Below are positions 26,601 to 37,399 of a stretch of DNA of 56,080 nt, one piece after another. A program made the translations under genes and the position numbers. How positions within the stretch are numbered: position 1 is the stretch's first letter; the number at the start of each line of letters is the position of its first letter. This DNA is from Chromera velia (Eukaryota): positions 1 through 56,080 of the forward strand of contig JAHBMJ010000118.1 in assembly GCA_018398765.1 (NCBI GenBank), in the 5' to 3' direction. Under the pieces are notes generated by a model that saw only the letters and a program-made list of their open reading frames with translations, had not been told where the DNA came from and made no database searches.

Positions 26601-27722
26601 AATCCCTTTTGCAGGGATCCTTTCCTTTCTCTGATTGACTGACTTGCATGCTTCGCACAAATCCCTCACATCTCTACACTCTTGAGGAGAGAAGGAAAGA
26701 GGCACTCCTTTTTCTTCTAGAGTCTTCTCAAGACGAGCGCTCACGGAATGCGCAAGTCGGGAATGCAACACATAGAGCAGGTGTTGCTTCCTCTCTGCAA
26801 GAAGGGTTTCTGTGGAACGAGCCTCTGCAGAGAGAGAGGAAGAGTAGAAAACTTTCTTCTTCCAGGCATCAAGGGGTGCAGTCATCTGCGCGGCTGCTGC
26901 TGCTTCATCGTTTTGGCAGAGACGGAGGGCTGGCATCCGTCCCAATCGCTCAACGGGGGCCCGAAAGCTCCTGCCCTCGGTGTCAGTCAACCTGACATAG
27001 CTGCGACGCCTCCGTCTCTTCGAAAGGAAAATCTCCTTCTCTGCACAGGGGAGGAGACCTCTGCCTACGGAAGGGTGAATAGCCCCCTCCTCAGGAACCT
27101 TCCTCACCTTCCCGAACTCATCTCGAACAGGGAAGTGGAAGAGGTGCACGTTGTCAGTGACAAAAGGAGACGCTTCGGGGCCACCCTTTGCGGTAAGGTT
27201 AAACTCCATGCGCCTTTTCTTCTGACCGACCGAGTACTTTGCAAACTCCTCATTGAGTAGTCTGAACGTACAGCCGGTGTCTGGCAGCAACTCGTCGTCT
27301 GCATCTGCTTTCGAGAGAATGCGCGCTCTCGAAGTTTTTGTCTGCACACGAAAAGCACAAGAAAGAGAAGGTGTAGCACCCAACTCTTTGGATGCAGAAG
27401 TTGCTGCCGTTGCTGTTGACAATGAATCGACTGACTGGGGGAGCTTAGTGGCCTTGCCTTGCCGAGGTCCATTGAAGCGTCTTGCTTCCCTGACGGATGC
27501 CCTCGGTCCTGCGACCGCTCCCACCGGTAGTGCTCTCCCAGGCCAGTGCATGTTCCGGAACGTCGCCCGAACCATGCGTACATATTCTCTTGGGACCTCT
27601 TGACCCCGGAAATCCTTCACTGCTCCCTTTCCCTGTCGTCCCCTCAAAGAAGAAACAACAAAGGCAGGTTGCAGTCGCTCATTCAGACTGGAGGTCTCGA
27701 AAGACCCACCTGACCGGCTCAA
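23689..27722 (-). pseudogene. pol: copia pol (protease, integrase, RT, RNase H) with in-frame stops and deletions
   Basis: PR LPDTGCT; HHCC LHSRLAH..CEAC; IN FHDLKEM / RTDNGGEF / ERVNST; RT KSRLVAKGFQ, DISTAFLQA, KAVYGLKDSP, HVDD; RH SWYSKK..STTSAEL. One frame from 27722 to about 24000, with stops at about 25845, 25467, 25134 and 25101. A deletion/frameshift falls at the RT-RH junction near 24005. Confidence 0.92.
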
Positions 27723-28963
27723 AAAACTAAATCACAGTCTGAGCCCAAGTCGCTCTCCACCAGATCGGGATAGGAGGACTCGGAATCAGAGCGGTGGGAG
27801 GAGGAAGGTGAACTGCGGGAACGCCGCTCAGCGGGGCGTCCACTCTCCTTCTTCCCCATGGGAGAGTTCTTCTTCTTGGGGCAGCACCGGGCGAAGTGAC
27901 CAGTCTTTCCGCACCCCTCCCACTCGGTCTTGCACTCGCTCTTGGAGGCGGGGCAGTAGTCTGGGCTGCGGTGAACGAAACCGCAGTTGTTGCACCTCGT
28001 TCCCTCTGCTTTGCCTGCAGTCTCTTCAGACGGCTTCACCTGCTGCTTTTTCTTCTTCCCCTTGGGCTTCTTTGCACCCTTCTTTCCGAAATCCCGCTTC
28101 TCAGCGGCACCCCCGAACTCATGTCCACTCCCCGACTCCCTCTTTGAGCCCTTGGACTCAGCACCGTGAAGAGCGGACTTGTAGGCGAGTGCGTCTGCCT
28201 TGCGGTCGGCAAACGGACGGATGTCGGAGTAGGTCAAGGAGTCGATGTCTTTTTTCAACTCCATCGCGGCCTTCTCTGCGATGTCTGTCTACTCATGGGT
28301 GAGGAACAGACGCTTCACGCAGAGCTTCTTCGTGTCCTTGTCCGTTGGAGTGAAGCCCTTGGCACCGGAAGAACGAATGACCTTGTCCAGTCTACGCAAC
28401 ACTTCCTTCAGTGTCTCCCCCTTCTCCTTCTCACGGCGAAGAGAATGGAAATTCTCCTCAGTGATGGTCTTCTCGACAGGCTTGTCCTTCAAGTAGTGAT
28501 TGATCACGGTGTCGAGCAATTTGTCGGTCTCATGACCCTGGGCTGCTGCTGTGTAGACGTCTTTACGGAGCTCTTCAAAGTCCGAAAAGGTATGGAGCAG
28601 GGCGCACTTGTAGATCTCGATCAGGAGGTTGGCATCAGGGTGATACCGGGAGGACAGGAAGAGGCTAGACTGTGTCTTCCAGTTATCCATCCAGTTGTCC
28701 AGGTGGGTAGCCTTCAGCGACTTCACCTTGGGAACCCAGGAGAAATCAGGCGGCTTCAGAGCAGCCGGGGGAGCAGAAGATGCAGCTGCAGCAGAAGTTT
28801 GAGCCGACTGGCTCGCCATCAGCAAGCTTAGCGCCTTGGCCAGATCCGCCTCCAGTTTAACAATCCTCTGCTCCTGCCAGCCTGCAGTATTGGAAGCAGA
28901 AGAAGAAGACTTATTGCCCGCGTCTGAGGCACCAGTGTTAGGGTTCGGGCCTGAGTCAGACAT
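27719..28963 (-). pseudogene. gag: copia gag with Cys/His knuckles and one in-frame TAG (28289-28291)
   Basis: ORFs 28289-28963 and 27719-28264 share one frame. Motifs CNNCGFVH...C and C..CGKTGHFARCC. Confidence 0.88.
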
Positions 28964-29452
28964 CGGCGCAACAGTCTGTACACAGGAACTGAGACTGGAG
29001 GAAGTAGGCTAGGAAGCAAGCCGACAGCGCTAGGCTAAGTACAAAGCAATGATAGTAGAAGCAGCGTACTCAGAACATTCAACGTCAAGAAGTCTGGATC
29101 TAGAAGGACTGACCTTAATCCCAGTATTCCGACTTCTATCTTCTCAATCTGTTGCCGTCTACGTTGTGTCGATCGAGAGGATGCGACTATTCAGATCGAC
29201 ACATCACATGCACACAGAATCGGCTGTCTCTCAATCGGCTAATTACCGACTGTCATGAATCGGATCTCTTCGTTCACTGTTGTCACGAAGAGGCAATCAT
29301 TCAATCATTCACGTCTACATGTACGTAAATAAAATCTGCATGCATGCATGTATCGACTCGCGCATGCAAATCGTTAGATCATCATGGGCGGCGGCGGCGG
29401 GCGTCGCGCATACAGTGGCCCACACGTCCATCCACCCCTGCGCGCACTAACA
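28936..29452 (-). repeat. 5' LTR (517 bp); contains the gag ATG at 28963
   Basis: Starts TGTTAGTG and ends CCCTAACA on the minus strand, followed by C-TGGTGCCTCAG (PBS-like). Confidence 0.93.
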
Positions 29453-30140
29453 CACACTCGCTCTCCTTGTATCTCTTTGTCTCCCTTCATTCACCCACAT
29501 GCCCAACCAGCTTCTGTTCACATACTCGCTCTCCTTGTATCTCCTTATCTCCCTTCATTCACCCACACGCCTAAGTGGCTTCTGTTCACACACTCGCTCT
29601 CCTTGTATCTCCTTGTCTCCCTTCATTCACCCACATGCCCAAACGGCTTCTGTTCACACACTCGTTCTCCCTATCTCTCTTCACTCATCCATAGGCCTAA
29701 GCGGCTTCTATATGTTTCTATTCACACACTTGATCTCTTTTCATTCATCCACAGACCTAACCAGCGGCCCAAGCGACTTTTCTTCAATGACACACAATTA
29801 ATCTCTCTTCATTCATCCATAGGCCCAAGCGGCTTCTGTTCACATACTCGTTCTCCTTGTCTCGCCCGCACGCCTAAACGGCTTTTGTTCACAAACTCAT
29901 ACATACTCATAAACACGCTCGCTCTCTCCGTTTCTCTTCATTCATCCACCTGCAGGCCTAAGCGGATTCTGTTACTGCACACACTTCCTTTCCATGCCCC
30001 TCTTTCTCCATGCACCCGCACGCCCAAACATTCACCCACACGCCCAAACGGCTTCTGTTCATACACTTGCTTACCTAGCTTTATCCACAGGCCCAAACAG
30101 CTTCTGTTTACATCTCTCCCTCTTGAACTTACTAAGCGCT
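29453..30140. repeat. Degenerate satellite, right arm
   Basis: Same ggcttctgttcacacactcg units as 22020-22825. The interrupted unit reads through the TSD. Confidence 0.78.
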
Positions 30141-31420
30141 AAACCCATATGCGGTGAGCCTCTCCACAACATTTCAAAGTGAATACTGCAGCATCCACAG
30201 TGACACACACTATATATAGACAGTATTTTATGTCCCAAATCCTCAAGTGGAGGTAGAAGGAAGTCAAGAAAAAAAAGTGCTGAAGAACGACAAGAGGGGC
30301 CAAGTAGAGAGAAAGAAAACGGGCAAAAAGAGGTTCCTGCAGATCAAATTAACCGTTTTTCCTCTTTGTCAAGCGTACTCAGTCATGGTGCAGCTTACTC
30401 CTGATTCTGTAAGGCGGCATGTCTTAACTTGCCACTGAGCTTGGTGGTATATATAGTCAAACAACGGAGCAATTCAGAATAGCTTCACTTAGATGGTGTG
30501 CTTTATTACCTTCCTTGAAAACTACACAGATGATTAAATCTATATACAATTCCCCTCCATGTGTGTTTTTGCATGTGTACCGATACATCAAGGTTCGATA
30601 AAAGGTGCATGTTCGCCATGCATGCGCTGTACAGTTACATGCCGGGAAGCGCGGGTCCCGAAAGGCAAATGTAACCCAATTTATTGGTAATTCGACTTTT
30701 TTTTTCCATAGGTGCGGCCAAGGGCCTTAACAGATACCATGGCCGGGGGCCACGGCAATACAAGTGCGTGCGCGCGCTTTGCGCGCGGAGGTGAGTGAGT
30801 TTGGCAGTGCATGCGTGCATGAGACGCTGTTGATCGATTGTGCATGCCGTATTTTTTGAAGAGAGACGCACTATGCCAAACTCATTATAATCTTGACTGA
30901 TCCCGTAATATATTTTATTCCATGCGTGCATGGCTGCGGATTTATATTAATATATATATTGTCAGGCCTCTCAGTTTGGTCCGCGCCGGATTGAAAATAT
31001 TAATTGGATGAACTGAAATTTTGGACGGGCGCATGCAGCCTGTGTCAAATTCGGCGACGATATAATAATTTGCCGTCGTTCAATTTTCACAATATATAGG
31101 ATATTATCACTTACGTTATAGCTAGATTTTCATGACCGCGAACGTTATAGCTAGATTTTCATGACCGCGAATTCAATGACAAATTGCATGCATATCTTTA
31201 ATTACTTGACATGCAATTAAGGTCGGTCCGACTGGAAGTCGACCAAGACACTGAGGCCTCACACCTAGCTACTCTGCGTTCTGGTGACACTGTCACACGC
31301 AGCTCAGTGTAGACATATATATATAACTGAAGGCCAACGGTCTTTGTCTGCATAGCCTTCGTAGAGTAGCAGTGCAGTTTGGTCCACGTTATATATATAT
31401 ATATATTTCTCTCATGCAAC

Positions 31421-32933
31421 ATGACAGAAAAAATTCTGATTATCTCCGGCGTGCCCAGTGGAACTGGCGGCTAGTACACGCAGCTGAAATCTCAAAACGA
31501 CGGCCGGATGGCTTTCAAGAACCAGAGCTCGAACCTGTACCTCTACTGGAAGAACTTCGCAACCGGAGGGATGGGCTGGCACATCTCCGACCAGCTGGGG
31601 GGGACGGGCATCTATACCTACTGTGATGAGGATGTGCCTGACCCCCGACAGACCAAGGCCCCCTTTAAGGGGTGGAATCTGGAAGAGAACAACTTTGTTG
31701 ACTATCCCGCGACGATCAAGGAGATGGAGGTCGGGGGAGGTGCAACAAAGAAAGCCGCCCCCCGCATTGTGCTGATGGGTCGCGAAGGCCCCAATTCGCT
31801 CATCAATGGGGGGTATGAGAAACTGAAGGAGGACTACAACAGCAGACCTGCCTACAAGTTCGGTCCCTACAACGGCAAGGAACTGTTTCTCTTCTTCAAG
31901 CAGGGAGTGTGGCGTGTTGCCGACTCCCTTGGTGACGACGCCAAGTATGCCTCCAACCCCGACATGTCCGCCCTTCTTCCTGAACAAATGGACGAACCCT
32001 GGGATATCGCGGACGGACCCCGGATGGTCAAAGACAAAAGTCTGCGTGTTGAGGTCTGGTCCAAAAAGCGCTGGACAGCTTCTGAGGTTCGTGACGGCTA
32101 CATCGACCATGAATTCAAACCTTGCCAGAAGTCGGTGGGGTTCAAGGAACCGACCTCATGGATGCGGGCCTCGCAGCTCTGCTACGACAAGGGCATACCG
32201 TACACGCAGCTGTTTGAGGGAGTGGACCCGGGCGACCTCATTCAAGGCGACCTGGGAAATTGCTGGTTGATAGCCTCAATGGCCGCAGTCGCTGAGTTTC
32301 CGTGGGCCATTAAGAGGCTCTTCAAGACGAACCAGTTCAACCCAACAGGAAAATACGAGATCCAGCTCTACGACGTGACAAAGAAGGCCTAAGTCTGGTT
32401 TACCATTGACGACTACATACCCTGTGAAGAGATGCAATGGTGGATGAAGAAGGGGAGGCCGAGGTTCGCCAAACCGGTTGGCAACGAACTCTGGTGCATG
32501 TTGCTCGAGAAAGCGTTCGCCAAATTTTTCGGCAGCTACGAAAGTCTGGTGGGTGGTATCTGCAGCGTTGCATTTCAGTGTCTCACAGGGTCTGCCGAGC
32601 AGTTTGTGTGGGACAAGGAGGGGGGAAAGTTGAGGTGGGAAAGGGGAAGAGTAGCGGTGGAGGAGCAGACCAGAAGGAGAACCATAGTGACGACATTCGA
32701 GCCAGACCAGTTTGCAACAGACGAGGAACTTTTTGAGGTCTTCCGGGAATACGACAAGAAGCACTTCATCATCTCATGCTCTATCTCTGCTGGTGAGCCT
32801 CAGTCGCATGCATGCGGTCCTCTCCTCTGTTGTTCTAGCTCGATCGCCAATGTGGTGAGTGAGGCCATGCACCGCTTCGATCCTCTGTACACCCACTTGC
32901 GTGGACTCTCTCTCGCCCGTTCTGTCGCTCTCA

Positions 32934-33018
<85 letters not shown>

Positions 33019-33196
33019 TGTGTGTCTGTGTGTCTGTGTGTGTTTGTGTGTGTATGTGTGTGTCTGTCTGTCTGTCTCCCTCTCCCTTTCCCTCTCCCTC
33101 TTTTTCTCTCTCTCTGTTTTCCTGTCTCCCTGCCTCTCTCTCTCTCTCTCCCTCTGTCTGTCTGTCTGTCTGTCTTTCTGTCTTTCTGTCTGTCTC

Positions 33197-33227
<31 letters not shown>

Positions 33228-33273
33228 GAAAGGAAGCGATTCGGAAAAAGTGAAGTGAAGAAAAGACGATATA

Positions 33274-33339
<66 letters not shown>

Positions 33340-33631
33340 GTTGACGATATAGTCTGTCTGTGTTGTCTGTTGTGTTCATGAAGAAAAGAAGGGAGAAGAA
33401 GAAACATATAGTCTGTCTGTCTGTCTGTCTGTCTCTCACCTTTCGGGCCCCCTGCCCACGTTGTTTGATTGTTGGTACTGTTCTTTTGTCTTTGTTCTTT
33501 CTTTCTTTTTGTCTGTTGTGTTCATGAAGAAAAGGACGGACAAGAAGAAGAAACATATAGTCTGTCTGTCTGTCTGCCTGTCTGTCTATCTGTGCGTCTG
33601 TCTGCCTCTCTGTGTGTCTGTCTGTCTGTCG

Positions 33632-33670
<39 letters not shown>

Positions 33671-34342
33671 GCGTCGTCCATCCACATCCGTGCAGGGGAG
33701 GAAAAGACCCGCCCCGACGGACTGGTGGAGGGACACGCGTACTCGATGCTCCAAGTCGCCAGCCTTCCCCACCACGGTAGGTTGAAGCTCTGCAAACTGC
33801 GTAATCCATGGGGAGGAGGGGCGACGCACGAGTGGAACGGAGACTTCTCCGACACCTCCAGCGGCTGGGGGGATCAACTGAGCGGCCTCCGGGAAGAGCT
33901 GAAGGCCGTGATTGAGCACGATGGAATATTCTGGATGACCTGGTCAGATTTCACGGGCATCTTCAACCACGCGTGTATGTCTCCACGTTCCATGGCGAAA
34001 GAGAGTGTGGAGTCTGCAGCTGTGGGGTCTTCTGCGTATCTCAACGGCCCCGGAATGAAGGAAGACATGGGGTGGGACAAGAACGACGAGAAGGCAGAGT
34101 GGGATGACAAGGGGTTGGAAGAACCAAAGGGGGACTGGAAGGAGGAAGACTTGCAGCCACAAGCGGGGGGACAGAATGTGGAGGACCACTTTACGGGAGA
34201 GGGCGAGTACGAAGACCCGGCGGACTTTGATGACGGAGGGAACAAGAAAGAAGGAGGGAAGTCGACGCACAATGTTATCGAAGGCGAAGCCAAGGAAGCA
34301 AAGGAGGTTGGGCCCCCCTCAGTGAAGGTGCCAGCTGTTTAG
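31421..34342 (+). pseudogene. Calpain-like (CysPc, peptidase C2) gene, exons 31421-32792 and 33696-34342, with in-frame TAG (31472) and TAA (32390)
   Basis: Catalytic motifs QGDLGNCWL, GHAYS and LRNPWG, plus LWCMLLEKAFAK.GSY and DGIFWM. The phase-1 GT-AG intron joins correctly. The frame continues across both stops. Confidence 0.88.
32936..33670. repeat. CT/GT/GTCT compound microsatellite in the calpain intron
   Basis: Seen directly. Confidence 0.9.
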
Positions 34343-35215
34343 AATGTTAACAACAAAACGTCTTGTTGTGAACTGATGTAAATTCATAAATATGTCAATT
34401 TGATCGATAATTAAATTGATTCAGTGGTTGAATCAACTAGGTTCAGCAATTATATAAATTACATAATTATATACATATACATATATACATGTCAAATCAC
34501 AGATCGAATAAACTATATGCTTGAAATTGTTTGAGTTAGAGCTCTAGCTAAGAGAGGACTAGAGATTTGTCAATTGATTGACTGAAAAATCTAGTGAAAA
34601 ATAGTCTGAAATATTTTTGTCCTTTAGTCTCAATTTAACTCAGGATCATCAAATCAAATTTTAATCAATCTAGTTAACTATGATATATGCTTTTTCTATG
34701 CATCATGCAGTTGAAGTTCAAGATTATTAGTCTAATTGAAATAGTCTGAGATACTAGTACTACTACTAGTATATAGTCAAAAATAACCCCAACCTGAGCA
34801 ACCTCGCCCTAAACATAAATTTTCTCCCTAGTTTCCTCCTGTAATGATTGCTACTAGAACTGTTAGTAGTTAGAACACTAGTTATCACTATAGATAATCA
34901 TAATTAAAATTGATTTGACTATGTCATTATATATATTTTTTTTTAATGAATCATTTGAATGATAGCACTAAAATATTTTTGGTTTGGCGGCTTTGGCCGG
35001 GTTTGGTTTTAATCAAAAGTATAGTCGCGTCTATAAATGAATTATTAGAATTAATGAATAAATGAATCAATGAATGATTTAATTAATGAATGCATAGCTC
35101 GTGAAGACTGTAAAATATGTTTAAGTTGTATTTCAATGAGCGTGGGTGTTTCTTTTATCTTTTATACACAGCTTCTTTCAGCGCTATGAGTGCGTTAACA
35201 CCTGATCGAGCGAGC

Positions 35216-36562
35216 TCAGCCCAGCATCGAGAGAACATCGTCAACATCCGCCCGTGTCTGCCGTCTCTTGAATTCCCGAAAGTTGCTGCCTGCGGGGGAT
35301 GCCGGCATCCCTCCTGCTCCTTGCCCTCCTTCAAGAACCCCTGAGGCAGACAGCGTGGCCCTCCTCACTCCCCCCCCAGTAGAGGATGACAGCAAAGCAT
35401 TGATCTCGGCCTTGAACCCCCTACTCACCTGAGGGCTGACTGACGACAGACGGGAAGCGCTTCTTCTTGAGGCAAAACTGGACCGCAGCCTCTTCGGAGA
35501 GAGGGGCCCCGACAGCAACGTCATACTATCCTCCCCTCCCTTCTCGGGCTCATTCCCGGCAGGAGGCGAACTCAACCACAGGGAGCTGCTGGATTTCTGC
35601 AAAGACCCTCTTCCCCTTCCTTCCTTGAACTTGACCACAGTCGGGCTACGGACTTCTAGGGCTTCCTCGAGCTGGTCCAGTTCCAGTCTGCTGGTGTTCC
35701 TTCGAAGGGCCCCGGCGGCACCTGAGGGACTCTGCTGGGCCCCCGACACCTGGAGGTCCTCGAATGCCGGGAGAGTGAAGTTTTTCTTGAATCGCATAGA
35801 GGAGGGGGACAGAAGGTCCAGCTCAGAGAGGTGGGCGAGCTCCCTCTGGTCAACAGAGAGCCGCACACGAGACCGAGCAAACCCATCGCCCTGCACACAC
35901 ACAGGAGGATTCAACATGTGAATGCGTTGGTCGTCGTATGCACATATACACACACTCACACGCTCGTGAACCCATAGACAGAGACAAAGGAGGGGGCTGG
36001 AGCGGGAAGCGGGCAGTCCTAAAATGAATTCAGTGTCTCTATGTAAAAGAACACGCACATATCCCACGTGGCTCACGAAGGGCTGTAACAGCATGTGCGT
36101 TCTTGACATAACTTTTTCGGCCCGACTTTCAGCTACACATGAATCAGGAAACGCAGACACCGTGTGTCTTCTTCGAGCCGTCACTGCGGTTTGAAAACAT
36201 GGAAATCGAGTCCGAACAATTCAGTCAGAGATTCTCTGCAACAGATCGGAGGACAAAAACCACATGCCTGGACGAAGTGTTGCGCAACACTTGTTCTGTA
36301 CCGTTGCAATGAGCAGGACTGGTTGGGCACACAGCGCAGTGAGAAAAGAGTATGGTATGCACTGACTTCAACTTACATCATCTTGCGACGCACCGACCTG
36401 TATGTCAAAGAATCGCCTAAGGTCCTTATGCAACACCTCCTCCTGGCTGTTTAACAGGATAGAGATCTGAGACCGAAGGTGAGCACAACGGGCCGGAAAG
36501 GTCGGCTTGTAAACATCCACAGCTTTCCCCTGGAGGGATAGGGGCCTCTCCTGTGCCTGCAT
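35216..36562 (-). CDS. Hypothetical Ser-rich protein, at least two exons (about 36377-36562 and 35216-35892)
   Basis: MQAQERPLS...GASQDD ends at a GTAAGT donor; a tgtgcag acceptor precedes GDGFARS...VDDVLSMLG-stop. GC-rich and coding-like, but no domain recognised and the start is uncertain. Confidence 0.5.
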
Positions 36563-37399
36563 CTTTACAGGACTCTGCGAACAAAGCGAGGGAGCGGGAC
36601 CTCTGTTGATCGATTGTTCTCTGTAGTTGTACAGGTTTGACTTTCACTGAACAACACTGTCTGACAGTCTGTCTGACGCTGACAGACTGATCAAATCAAG
36701 TCCGAGACCTTAGTCGCCAAACTACATGTGCGAATCTGCAATTTCGTAAAGGTAGATATGTGGACTTTACGACTCGCTCAGAACGGAGGAATGTCCGACA
36801 GATGCTCCCATCAATCACGGAGTCTGCTGTAATCTGCATGTTGGAGTGCGTTGATTGCATGACATTGCACCGTCTACGCCCGCTGGCGCAAAATTTTTTG
36901 AAACGTGCCCACCTGCATGCGCGAGAGCGCGCACATATGCACGAGCGAATTCCCGCCACAAATGCACATGCATGCATGCATGCAAGCACGCGATCGCGCG
37001 ACTATATCGCGACTATATAAAAAACCATGCAGGCATGCATGCATGCAGGCCGGACAAAAAAAAAAGAAATGATAAATATGAAATTCGATTGTCAGCTAGA
37101 TCCTGCATCAACTCGATCTCTGCCGACTGAAAGAAAGCCACGTCTGATCATGCTTCAGACAAGGAAGGCAGGAACACCACTAAGACCGTACCAAGGGTGA
37201 TTTACAAGCAGTAAAGAAGAAATATTCCATCGGACTGCTTGGCAGGGAGACGGCCTCCAAATCTTTCGGTCCTTATTCGGCCGTATCGGTTCGCCCATCG
37301 CCAACAAGAACGAGCCCCCTTTGCCATCTACAGCCTGACTGATAGATACCGCAACCTACCATTGACCAGCGACAAGCATCGACATCACAGTACAGCAAG

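Larger units (their letters stand above)
22826..29452 (-). mobile_element. Ty1/copia LTR retrotransposon, full length but degenerate
   Basis: TGTTA...TAACA termini and 5-bp TSD CACAC (22821-22825 / 29453-29457). LTRs at 28936-29452 and 23059-23575; PBS-like TGGTGCCTCAG next to the 5' LTR; PPT-like GAAGGGGG before the 3' LTR. Domain order is gag-PR-IN-RT-RH. Confidence 0.96.

Noticed and set aside
28289..28291. TAG in gag as a programmed readthrough site
   Set aside because: It lies mid-gag, upstream of the zinc knuckles, and the element has several other stops of the same C-to-T type, so decay is the simpler explanation.
31113..31170. 29-bp direct tandem duplication upstream of the calpain gene
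   Set aside because: Only two copies and no associated structure; ordinary slippage.
31412..32110. 232-aa minus-strand ORF (and similar antisense ORFs over the ankyrin, gag and cathepsin exons)
   Set aside because: Antisense shadows of GC-rich coding sequence with no motifs of their own.
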